Positions 1 to 7,675 of a DNA stretch of 44,404 nucleotides are shown here, piece by piece. The translations under genes were made by a program, and so were the position numbers. Under the pieces are notes generated by a model. That model saw nothing but the letters and a program-made list of their open reading frames with translations, did no database searches and was not told the origin of the DNA. The stretch's first letter is position 1. Every line of letters begins with the position of its first letter. Source of the stretch: a virus (Duplodnaviria; Caudoviricetes); the IMG/VR virus record IMGVR_UViG_3300042502_000072, positions 1 to 44,404 of that record; one strand, given 5' to 3'.

Positions 1-2
1 CG

Positions 3-839
3 TTTAGCACTTACATGACTCTGGATGCCAGTGGGAATTTGATGGTGGGGACTACAACATCCAATAGTGCAAAACTAACAATTTCAAATGCTGGTGCTGA
101 AGTTTTTCAATTTTACCCCGGTGTTGCATCAAACGAAAATCAAACACTTAACTACAACAGAAGCACAGCAGTTTATTGCACAAATAGTGTTTATGCCGCT
201 GACCATAGGTTTTTCATTGGTGGCAATGAGAAAGCCAGAATATCCTCTAGTGGTTTTGCTCACTTTTTAGGAACTGCAACAAGTTATTTTAATACTGCGG
301 GTGCTTGGCATTCTGTAGAAACGTCAACTTCTGACGACACACTTGTTGTGTTTAATAACAATGCTAGTCCATTTGGTGTTCAGTGTTATTTTTGGGGAGC
401 CTCACCAAACAATGGCACAAATTATTTTTACAGTGCTTTAGACACTACTGCAACTCGTTTTAGAGTTTATTCAAATGGTGGTATTGCTAACTATCAAGCC
501 AATGACTCAAACCTGTCAGACCGCAGAGAGAAAACAAACTTTGCACCTGCCGGTTCTTACCTTAACAAGATTTGTGCAATACCTGTTCAGACATTCAACT
601 ACATTGACCAAAACATGGAAGAAGATGGTGGTTTGACATTAGGCGTGGTTGCTCAAGATGTTCAAGCGGTTGCACCTGAGTTGGTTGTGGAGAGCAATTG
701 GGCAAGCAAAGATGCAGAACCTAAAATGCGCTTGTCAATTTATCAAACCGATTTGCAATACGCTTTGATGAAGTGCATCCAAGAACAACAAATAATCATT
801 GAATCACTCAAGGCACGTTTGGATGCCGCTAATCTTTAA
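3..839 (+). CDS. Tail fibre C-terminus with intramolecular chaperone auto-processing (peptidase S74) domain; 5'-truncated
   Basis: Frame is open to the window edge; fibre repeats (MTLDASGNLMVGTT, EKARISSSG); S74 signature 'NLSDRREKTN...GVVAQDVQAVAPELV' followed by a C-terminal coiled coil. Confidence 0.88.
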   Translation, partial: FSTYMTLDASGNLMVGTTTSNSAKLTISNAGAEVFQFYPGVASNENQTLNYNRSTAVYCTNSVYAADHRFFIGGNEKARISSSGFAHFLGTATSYFNTAGAWHSVETSTSDDTLVVFNNNASPFGVQCYFWGASPNNGTNYFYSALDTTATRFRVYSNGGIANYQANDSNLSDRREKTNFAPAGSYLNKICAIPVQTFNYIDQNMEEDGGLTLGVVAQDVQAVAPELVVESNWASKDAEPKMRLSIYQTDLQYALMKCIQEQQIIIESLKARLDAANL

Positions 840-856
840 TCACTGAAAGGTAAATC

Positions 857-1225
857 ATGTCAGCAACTATCACTTGGGTCATCGAATGGATGAACACCAC
901 TCCTACGACAGCAACTCCTCCTGAGACTGTAATCACCGCAGGATGGCGCTGTAACGGCGTACAGGTAGAAGGCTCTGGCGACACAGCCAAAACCTACAAT
1001 GCTACCGTGTACAGCACTTGTTCTTTCCCGCAACCAGAAGAGGGCGGACAGTTCACACCATTCGCTGAGTTGACTCAGGCACAAGTCTTGGGCTGGTGCT
1101 ATGCAAATGGTCTTGACCAAGCGGCAACAGAGGCGGCTATCCAGTCACAGATTGACAGCCAGATCAACCCACCCATTGTGCAGCCACCCCTGCCTTGGGC
1201 ATCAGCACCAGCACCAGCAGCATAA
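857..1225 (+). CDS. Conserved tail-fibre-associated hypothetical protein
   Basis: AAGG SD; 'FTPFAELTQAQVLGW...PPLPW' pattern typical of small genes following phage fibres. Confidence 0.7.
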   Translation: MSATITWVIEWMNTTPTTATPPETVITAGWRCNGVQVEGSGDTAKTYNATVYSTCSFPQPEEGGQFTPFAELTQAQVLGWCYANGLDQAATEAAIQSQIDSQINPPIVQPPLPWASAPAPAA

Positions 1226-1230
1226 GTTAA

Positions 1231-1258
1231 CGGGAAGCCACCACCCGATCTTGGTGGC
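1231..1258 (+). promoter_or_regulatory. Candidate H-type RNA pseudoknot just upstream of the RBS of ORF 1275
   Basis: CGGG(1231-34)/CCCG(1244-47) and GCCACCA(1237-43)/TGGTGGC(1252-58); loops AA, 0 nt, ATCT. Confidence 0.5.
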
Positions 1259-1274
1259 GCTTTAAAGGAAAATC

Positions 1275-1511
1275 ATGGGAAACGAAAAAAAGACCCCTGT
1301 GACAATCGACGGTGTAGAGTACAAGTTTGAAGACATGACACAGCAACAGCAGATGTTGCTCAACCATGTTGCCGACTTGGATCGTAAGTTGGACTCAGCA
1401 AGATTCAATGTGGATCAGTTGCAAGTGGGCAGAGATGCCTTCTTCAAGTTGCTGAAAGAAGCGTTGGAAGCTAAGCCTGAAGAGGCCGTGACTGACGTAG
1501 TAGCAAACTAA
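1275..1511 (+). CDS. Small acidic coiled-coil hypothetical protein
   Basis: AAAGGA SD; 'VTIDGVEYKFEDMT' N-terminus and a heptad-like helix. Confidence 0.75.
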   Translation: MGNEKKTPVTIDGVEYKFEDMTQQQQMLLNHVADLDRKLDSARFNVDQLQVGRDAFFKLLKEALEAKPEEAVTDVVAN

Positions 1512-1516
1512 GAACC

Positions 1517-1539
1517 AGCCACCTTCGGGTGGCTTCTTC
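1517..1539 (+). terminator. Hairpin with UUCG tetraloop, probable weak rho-independent terminator
   Basis: AGCCACC-TTCG-GGTGGCT followed by TCTTC, directly after the stop at 1511. Confidence 0.6.
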
Positions 1540-1549
1540 AAGGAATTTT

Positions 1550-1744
1550 ATGGAAACGGTGGAAACAAAATTGGCTGTACACGAAGCTGTCTGCGCAGAA
1601 CGCTACAGGTCTATTGAGGGCAAACTCGATAGCGGTAAAGACCGCATGCGTAATATTGAGTATATGCTTTACGCCGTTATGCTTGCCGTTTTGTTTGGCC
1701 CCGGCGTCGCGGCTGAATTTGTCAAAAAAGTGTTAGGGATGTAA
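1550..1744 (+). CDS. Small membrane protein (coiled coil plus C-terminal TM; holin/XhlA-like)
   Basis: AAGGA SD before ATG 1550; 'HEAVCAERY' motif; hydrophobic C-terminal helix. Confidence 0.65.
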   Translation: METVETKLAVHEAVCAERYRSIEGKLDSGKDRMRNIEYMLYAVMLAVLFGPGVAAEFVKKVLGM

Positions 1745-1745
1745 A

Positions 1746-1838
1746 ATGATTGACTGGCTTGATGCGTTTGTCGTAGCAGCCTGTGTAATCATATTTGTTG
1801 TGTGGGGGACATTTACCCTTGTTTGGATTTGGGGATGA
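1746..1838 (+). CDS. 30-aa single-TM peptide (not in ORF track)
   Basis: MIDWLDAFVVAACVIIFVVWGTFTLVWIWG; ATGA overlap with next gene. Confidence 0.5.
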   Translation: MIDWLDAFVVAACVIIFVVWGTFTLVWIWG

Positions 1839-1990
1839 AATGGTTATTGGTACTGTTCTTCTTATTTTCACCCGAGGTATCTAACAAAGAGAAAAAACCA
1901 GAATACAGATGTGTCAGGTGGTCTTGGACAGGAGATGTTTACAACCGCAGAGTAGTATGCCTTGAGTGGCAAAAGGTAGAACGAAAATGA
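1835..1990 (+). CDS. Small exported protein with a Cys pair
   Basis: Signal-like MKWLLVLFFLFS; C...C in 'YRCVRWSWTGDVYNRRVVCLEW'; ATGA overlaps at both ends. Confidence 0.6.
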   Translation: MKWLLVLFFLFSPEVSNKEKKPEYRCVRWSWTGDVYNRRVVCLEWQKVERK

Positions 1991-2475
1991 TAGACCAAGA
2001 GACAGTCAAAAAGTTGTTTCACTATGATGCTGAAAGCGGGATGCTACTTTGGCGTTTTGGTAATGGGCGTAATGTTAAACCTTGGCAAGAAGTTAAAGCC
2101 AAAAATGGTCACGGTTATTACACTGCCAAAATACATGGGAAGTCTTATTTGGCCCATCGACTTGCGTGGCTTTATGTACATGGAAGTTTTCCAAACAAAC
2201 ATATAGACCACAAAAATAGAGTTAGAAATGACAATAGACTTTGTAATTTGCGTGATGTAAATACTACAGATAACGCACAAAACATTTCCTTGCCAAGCCA
2301 TAATAAAAGCGGTCACATAGGTGTGTCGTGGATTAAAAGTCATAATTGTTGGACTGTATTTGTCAAAGTAAACAAAAAGAATAAATGGCTTGGTTACTAT
2401 AAAAATTTAGATGACGCTGTTGCCGCTAGAAAGGCTGGCGAAAAGCAGTATTACAACTTGCCAGAGGTTGCATGA
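1987..2475 (+). CDS. HNH homing endonuclease with C-terminal AP2-like DNA-binding domain
   Basis: 'AHRLAW...IDHKNRVRNDNRLCNLR...N' HNH motif; 'SGHIGVSW...LGYY...AVAARKA' AP2 tail; visibly more AT-rich than its flanks. Confidence 0.9.
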   Translation: MIDQETVKKLFHYDAESGMLLWRFGNGRNVKPWQEVKAKNGHGYYTAKIHGKSYLAHRLAWLYVHGSFPNKHIDHKNRVRNDNRLCNLRDVNTTDNAQNISLPSHNKSGHIGVSWIKSHNCWTVFVKVNKKNKWLGYYKNLDDAVAARKAGEKQYYNLPEVA

Positions 2476-2972
2476 TGGTGGATCCGCTAACAGCCCTAGC
2501 TGGCATACAGTCCGCCATCTCAATGGTCAAGAAGGCTAGTAAGGTAGCCAATGACCTAGGTTCTCTTGCGCCAATGATTGGCAAGATGTTCGACGCAAAA
2601 TCAACTGCCACCAAGGCATTGATTGAATCAAAAAAGAGCAAGGGTTCCAACATGGGAATCGCGCTACAGATTGAGATGGCGCTCGAGCAAGCTCGCGCAT
2701 TCGAAGAGGAGCTCAAAATGCTCTTCATGACTACAGGCAAAGTCGATGTCTGGAACAAAATCAAAGCCCGCCAAGACCAGATGGACATTGATGACGCAAG
2801 AGAACTTCGTGCCCTAGAGCGGGCCGATAAAAAAGCAAAAGAAAAAGAAGCAGAGTTAAATGAGCTGGCCGTGATCCTTGGCGGTTGTGCGTTTGTTCTG
2901 TTCTTAGTGGCAATTGGTATCTATGAGTTAATGGAGTTCTGTAACACGACTCGCAGATGTAGCGGCAGATGA
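2472..2972 (+). CDS. Conserved phage membrane protein (coiled coil plus C-terminal TM)
   Basis: 'MVDPLTALAG' start; TM near the C-terminus; ATGA coupling. Confidence 0.7.
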   Translation: MMVDPLTALAGIQSAISMVKKASKVANDLGSLAPMIGKMFDAKSTATKALIESKKSKGSNMGIALQIEMALEQARAFEEELKMLFMTTGKVDVWNKIKARQDQMDIDDARELRALERADKKAKEKEAELNELAVILGGCAFVLFLVAIGIYELMEFCNTTRRCSGR

Positions 2973-3124
2973 ATGAATATCAGAAGACCTTTGACCTATG
3001 CCTCAAGATTTTCGTTTACGGGTGTGTGGCACTGTGGTTTCTTGGCTTCTTGAAGTTCTTGCCTGACGATTTGTCGGACAGGATTGTTAATCTCTTACTT
3101 GGAAGGGTTGGATTAGGCAAATGA
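2969..3124 (+). CDS. 51-aa membrane protein (not in ORF track)
   Basis: MNEYQKTFDLCLKIFVYGCVALWFLGFLKFLPDD...; ATGA overlaps at both ends. Confidence 0.6.
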   Translation: MNEYQKTFDLCLKIFVYGCVALWFLGFLKFLPDDLSDRIVNLLLGRVGLGK

Positions 3125-3291
3125 GAATTACCACGTATCAACAGAATGCCAAGATGTTGTTAGAGGCTCATAGGATGATCCACGAACAAAACATGAAACG
3201 TTTGGCAGAGCTAACCAGACAGGCTGCACACCAACAAAAAGTTCAAGAAATCAAGACGCAATGGGCCCGCTTGGTGGATATCAAAGCATGA
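3121..3291 (+). CDS. 56-aa hypothetical protein (not in ORF track)
   Basis: MRITTYQQNAKML...LVDIKA; ATGA overlaps at both ends. Confidence 0.6.
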   Translation: MRITTYQQNAKMLLEAHRMIHEQNMKRLAELTRQAAHQQKVQEIKTQWARLVDIKA

Positions 3292-3494
3292 GATACTTTA
3301 TACTGATTTTGTTGTTGTTGGCTGGATGCAAAGACGTTTACCGCTATCCGTGCCAGAACCCCGACAACTTCCACGCACCTGATTGTCAGAAGCCAAAGTG
3401 CCTGTTTACCCAGCAGTGTCCTGAATACCTAGTTGCCCCTATCTTGGAGAAGAAAGTCAATGACGTCCAACCAGAAACCAAACCTAACAACTGA
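3288..3494 (+). CDS. Cys-rich lipoprotein
   Basis: Lipobox LLLLAG-C; four further Cys (YPC...PDCQKPKC...QCP). Confidence 0.75.
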   Translation: MRYFILILLLLAGCKDVYRYPCQNPDNFHAPDCQKPKCLFTQQCPEYLVAPILEKKVNDVQPETKPNN

Positions 3495-3990
3495 AGAATT
3501 TGAAGTCCGGGTCTGGGGCTTTGTGGTCATGGTGGTCACTTTGATACTGTGCGTCATTGTCATTGCGCTGCTTTACTCTGTAACGTTCGTCACACAACCT
3601 ATCAAAAGTATGGCTCCGATTGACCAAGCCTACACAAAGATGCTTAATGATATAGTATTACTTATCGTTGGCGGTATTGGTGGGGTGATGACTAAACGGG
3701 CGGCAGGTGCGGCTTCTAAGATGTTTAACCCTCAACCTCCGATGCAACCAATGTGTCAGCCTATGATGGGCGGTATGAGTGGTGGCTACGGCATGCCTAA
3801 TAGCAGTTACGCCCCTCCGCAATCTGCGTATGGCTTACCCTCGCAACCGTTTGGTGCAATGCCTGTCTGGAAGAATCCTGAGCTAGACGAGTCATGGACA
3901 CCCGGCCCACCGCCGACTACACCTCCTGAGCACATGGAGCCCGATGACGAACGCGAAGAAATCGCAGCAGCCCGTAAGGAGACCGAATGA
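3460..3990 (+). CDS. Two-TM membrane protein with Pro/Met-rich tail (holin-like candidate)
   Basis: GGAG SD; two hydrophobic helices; immediately upstream of the spanins and endolysin. Confidence 0.65.
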   Translation: MTSNQKPNLTTEEFEVRVWGFVVMVVTLILCVIVIALLYSVTFVTQPIKSMAPIDQAYTKMLNDIVLLIVGGIGGVMTKRAAGAASKMFNPQPPMQPMCQPMMGGMSGGYGMPNSSYAPPQSAYGLPSQPFGAMPVWKNPELDESWTPGPPPTTPPEHMEPDDEREEIAAARKETE

Positions 3991-4487
3991 TGTTTGGCAT
4001 ACCACTACCTTGGATTGCATTTGTTGTGGGGCTAGCGCTCTTAGGCTCCTACCGTGGAGGCTACCACTTTGGGTGGACAGACAGAGACAATGACATGAAA
4101 ATTGCCATTGCCAAGAAGAACGAGGAAGCTCGTCAAATTGAGCAAAACTTGGGTGAGAAACTTAATCAACAATCTGCCAAACTACAGGAGGCTAACGATG
4201 CCATCAACAAAAAAACTACTGCTCTTGCTGTTGCCAATCGTGCTGGCAAGCTGCGCCTCTGCGCCCCAAGTAACGTACAAGCCCCCGCAAGTTCCCCCGT
4301 TGCCAGCGCAAATACAGAAGCAGCCCGTGAACCTGACAGACCGACTGATACAGCTTCTGACGCCGAAAGAGCAACCATCGACGCCATCGCGGAAATAGTC
4401 GCTCAAGGCGATAGAAATACTGTTGCTTTAAATGCTTGCGTAGATTCGTACAATGAAGTAAGGAACCTCTTAAATGGTAAGTCCTGA
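3987..4487 (+). CDS. Rz-like inner-membrane spanin (i-spanin)
   Basis: N-terminal TM, coiled coil, 'GKLRL' and 'LNACVDSYN' Rz-like motifs; contains an embedded lipoprotein gene. Confidence 0.85.
   Translation: MMFGIPLPWIAFVVGLALLGSYRGGYHFGWTDRDNDMKIAIAKKNEEARQIEQNLGEKLNQQSAKLQEANDAINKKTTALAVANRAGKLRLCAPSNVQAPASSPVASANTEAAREPDRPTDTASDAERATIDAIAEIVAQGDRNTVALNACVDSYNEVRNLLNGKS
4198..4398 (+). CDS. Rz1-like outer-membrane lipoprotein spanin, fully embedded in Rz in the +1 frame
   Basis: AGGAGG SD at 4186-91; MPSTKKLLLLLLPIVLAS-C lipobox; Pro-rich mature part. Confidence 0.85.
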   Translation: MPSTKKLLLLLLPIVLASCASAPQVTYKPPQVPPLPAQIQKQPVNLTDRLIQLLTPKEQPSTPSRK

Positions 4488-5088
4488 CCAACTAAAACAG
4501 ATGCACATAGACCCATCTCTTGCAGATGCGTTTAACGAAACTTTTGATAAGTTCAATATTTTCACGGCTCCTCAACAAGCAAGCTGGATAGGTCAGTGCG
4601 GCCACGAATGCGGTAACTTTAAGATCATGGAAGAGAATCTGAACTACCGCGCCGCTACCCTACTTAAACTGTTCCCACGGACTGCTAAACGCGCATGGGG
4701 CTTCACACCCGAGGAAGCTGCTGCCTACGAAAAGCAGCCACGTAAAATTGCAAATCGCATTTACGGGAGTCGTATGGGAAATCGGGATGAGGCTTCTGGG
4801 GATGGGTACCGTTTCCGCGGCTCCGGATTTCTCCAGCTAACTGGCCATAGCAACTTCTTCCACGCAGGCAAAGCCCTCGGTGTGGACTTCGTAATGGAGC
4901 CTGAACTAGTCCGCACTCCCAAGTACGCTGCACAAACCGCAGGCTGGTTTTGGCAAACGCATAACCTTAATCAATACGCCGACAGTCGGGATTTTTTAAC
5001 AATGACTAAACGGATCAACGGCGGTACGATTGGCCTAGAAGATCGAATTAAACACATTACGCATGCTATAGCTGTATTGGGCGGTTAA
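4474..5088 (+). CDS. Endolysin, glycoside hydrolase family 19 (chitinase-like)
   Basis: 'GQCGHEC...EENLNY', 'GDGYRFRGSGFLQLTG', 'INGGTIGLEDR'. Confidence 0.93.
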   Translation: MVSPDQLKQMHIDPSLADAFNETFDKFNIFTAPQQASWIGQCGHECGNFKIMEENLNYRAATLLKLFPRTAKRAWGFTPEEAAAYEKQPRKIANRIYGSRMGNRDEASGDGYRFRGSGFLQLTGHSNFFHAGKALGVDFVMEPELVRTPKYAAQTAGWFWQTHNLNQYADSRDFLTMTKRINGGTIGLEDRIKHITHAIAVLGG

Positions 5089-5125
5089 TACTACAATATG
5101 CGCAGCTTAGCAAGGAAGACCCGAC

Positions 5126-7675
5126 ATGGCTGTACTCCAAATAAAATCATTCGGTGGAATTTCACCCAAGGTTCCGCCGCGCTATCTGCAAGATAGCCAA
5201 GCACAAGTTGCTCTTAATTGCCCCGTCTTTAACGGTGCGCTGCAGCCCCTTTCCGATGTTGGTTCCGCTGTAACTACCCTCACAAAAGCAGGTACACCGC
5301 AGACTATCTATCGTTTCGGCCAAGACGTTGTTTCTGATTCTCAGTACTGGTTTCACTGGCTTACAGACGTTGATGTTTGCCGAGGTCAAATCTCTGGAGA
5401 TACCTCCGAGTGGACATTTTTTACAGGCGATGGAATACCAAAGTCTACATATTCTACGATTGCTTTGTCTGGAACTCCGTACCCAGCCGTTACTCGACCC
5501 TTGGGGTTACCAGCCCCATCAGCGGCTCTTAATGCAAGTGTAGACGCCTTTGTTGCGGATTCTTATGCCGCCGAAGTAACGCTGACTGCTACCCACATTT
5601 CCCAGCTAACGACAACCTACGGCGTTCTAGGAAGTATTACAGGACAAGCTGACGGAGATTACACAACTGTAACTTTGACTTCGCCTATTTCGGCTTCGTC
5701 TGTTGCTACTGCTATTGATGCATTGCCTAATGTAAACGCTACTGCTGTTAATGGAACAGTCGTTGTAAAAACTGATGCCACAGGAGCCGCAGCAAAACTG
5801 TACGTTAAATTCCGTACGGGCTCCATCCCCAACACCAGCGGCACGTTTACCTATTCAGGCATTGATTACTCAGCCAGTGGTGCGGCAGACTCGTATCCGT
5901 ACCTCATCATCGATGACACCGAGATTGGGTCTATTGCAGCAGGCAATGTCATTGTCCTAAGCGTAGAAGGCGTAGATCGTGTTAATGCCGCAACGTCTAC
6001 TACTTTAACGGCAACTACACTGGCTACGTTTTTAAACTCAAGGATGTCTGGGCAATTAGTCGCTACTGCTTATGGCGGTTGTGTTGTTGTAACGCCCGGA
6101 TCGCTAGGCTCAACCGATTCTTCAACGATGTTTTATCGTCGTTACATTGGCAGTGTCGAGGCTAAAGTTGTTGAGGCTACCGGGTCTGACGCCGCGGCTC
6201 CTGCACGGTTGTTTATTACCCAAGCCGATGTAGATAGCTTAGAGTCAAGGTATGTTTCTGTGACTGTAAATGGCACAGAGTCCTTTGCGCCAGTGATTAA
6301 CCCGTCTACTGTTAACAGTCTTAGACTACTTAATGGGTATGGTTTGACTACAACAATTTACGGCGTTGCCGACCCTATCGCAGTTGTTGAAACCGTATCA
6401 GTTGGCTCTAGCGTTACGTTGCGTTTACGGGGCGGGGATTATCCAACGGTTGCGCAGTTCTCAGAATTAACGGGCGCAGGATACGCTGATACACCTGCTG
6501 CTACAGAGACCCGCGTTTATGCATGGACGTGGGTTAACAAAGAGTCTGGCTATGAATTTGAGTCTGCTCCCTCTGCCGCAGCCACTCCAGTAGATGTTTA
6601 CCCTAAGCAGACTGTAGCTATCTCGGGTCGGGCAGGCGTACCTACCGGCTATGTTGTTACTCATTGGCGGCTGTACCGCTCTGTTTCGGGCGTATTTTTG
6701 TTTGTTACGGAACTTCCTGTTTCTCAAATATCTTACACAGACGACGTGCTTGCAGAAAGCCTAGGTGAAGAGCTACCCTCGCTGACGTGGGCTCAACCCC
6801 CTGCAGCCCTTCGAGGTTTAATTAATTTACCCAATGGTGGCATGGCTGGTTTTGTTGGCCGTGATGTTTACTTCTGTGATCCTTATCACCCGCATGCATG
6901 GCCTGAGAACTATGTGCAGTCTCTGGATTTTCCTGTAATTGGCCTTGGCCGCATGGATACCACACTGGCAGTGCTTACTACCGGCACGCCTTACTTTTTA
7001 CAAGGCAGTCACCCAGATTCTCTGGTTTCTGTTAAGTCTGACCTTGAGCAGTCTTGCGCATCCAAACGAAGCATTGTTAGCACCAACGGTGTAGTTCTTT
7101 ACGCAAGTCCTGACGGCCTTGTTCTGCTGTCTCCCGGCGGCTCTAAGCTCGTAACCGAACAGTACTTTACTCGCGCCCAGTGGCAAAGCTACTTTAAGCC
7201 AGATTCGATTCACGGCTACTCTCATGATCTGAAGTACATAGGTTTCTACAACAACGGCACAACCAGCGGTGGATTTATTTATGATCCTACGTCGGGGCAG
7301 TTTGTCCTGCACGATATCTACGCCACAGCAGGCTACGCTGATATCCAACGAGATAAGTTGTTTTTGGCCTTTGCTGATCGCTCCGTTAAAGTGTGGCAGG
7401 CAGGCGCAAACAAGACTTATACGTGGAAGACCAAGAAGTTTACATTGCCGCAAGTCACAGGGTTTTCGTGCGCTCAACTTGAAGCCGAGACATATCCAGT
7501 TACTGCCAAGTTTTATTCCAATGGAACTTTAATTAGGACGCAGACTGTTGCAAACCGCAATCCGTTCAGACTCCCTGTGGCTCCGGGTCGTGACTGGGAA
7601 GTTCAGATTGAAGGAACTTCTGAAGTATTCTCGTTGTCGATTGCCCAGTCTATTGAGGAGTTAGCTGGTGTCTAA
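5126..7675 (+). CDS. Virion tail protein (tail tubular/stabilisation-type, beta-rich)
   Basis: 'FGGISPKVPPRYL' start, 'PHAWP' and 'YTWKTKKF' motifs typical of podovirus tail nozzle proteins; gene position. Confidence 0.65.
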   Translation: MAVLQIKSFGGISPKVPPRYLQDSQAQVALNCPVFNGALQPLSDVGSAVTTLTKAGTPQTIYRFGQDVVSDSQYWFHWLTDVDVCRGQISGDTSEWTFFTGDGIPKSTYSTIALSGTPYPAVTRPLGLPAPSAALNASVDAFVADSYAAEVTLTATHISQLTTTYGVLGSITGQADGDYTTVTLTSPISASSVATAIDALPNVNATAVNGTVVVKTDATGAAAKLYVKFRTGSIPNTSGTFTYSGIDYSASGAADSYPYLIIDDTEIGSIAAGNVIVLSVEGVDRVNAATSTTLTATTLATFLNSRMSGQLVATAYGGCVVVTPGSLGSTDSSTMFYRRYIGSVEAKVVEATGSDAAAPARLFITQADVDSLESRYVSVTVNGTESFAPVINPSTVNSLRLLNGYGLTTTIYGVADPIAVVETVSVGSSVTLRLRGGDYPTVAQFSELTGAGYADTPAATETRVYAWTWVNKESGYEFESAPSAAATPVDVYPKQTVAISGRAGVPTGYVVTHWRLYRSVSGVFLFVTELPVSQISYTDDVLAESLGEELPSLTWAQPPAALRGLINLPNGGMAGFVGRDVYFCDPYHPHAWPENYVQSLDFPVIGLGRMDTTLAVLTTGTPYFLQGSHPDSLVSVKSDLEQSCASKRSIVSTNGVVLYASPDGLVLLSPGGSKLVTEQYFTRAQWQSYFKPDSIHGYSHDLKYIGFYNNGTTSGGFIYDPTSGQFVLHDIYATAGYADIQRDKLFLAFADRSVKVWQAGANKTYTWKTKKFTLPQVTGFSCAQLEAETYPVTAKFYSNGTLIRTQTVANRNPFRLPVAPGRDWEVQIEGTSEVFSLSIAQSIEELAGV

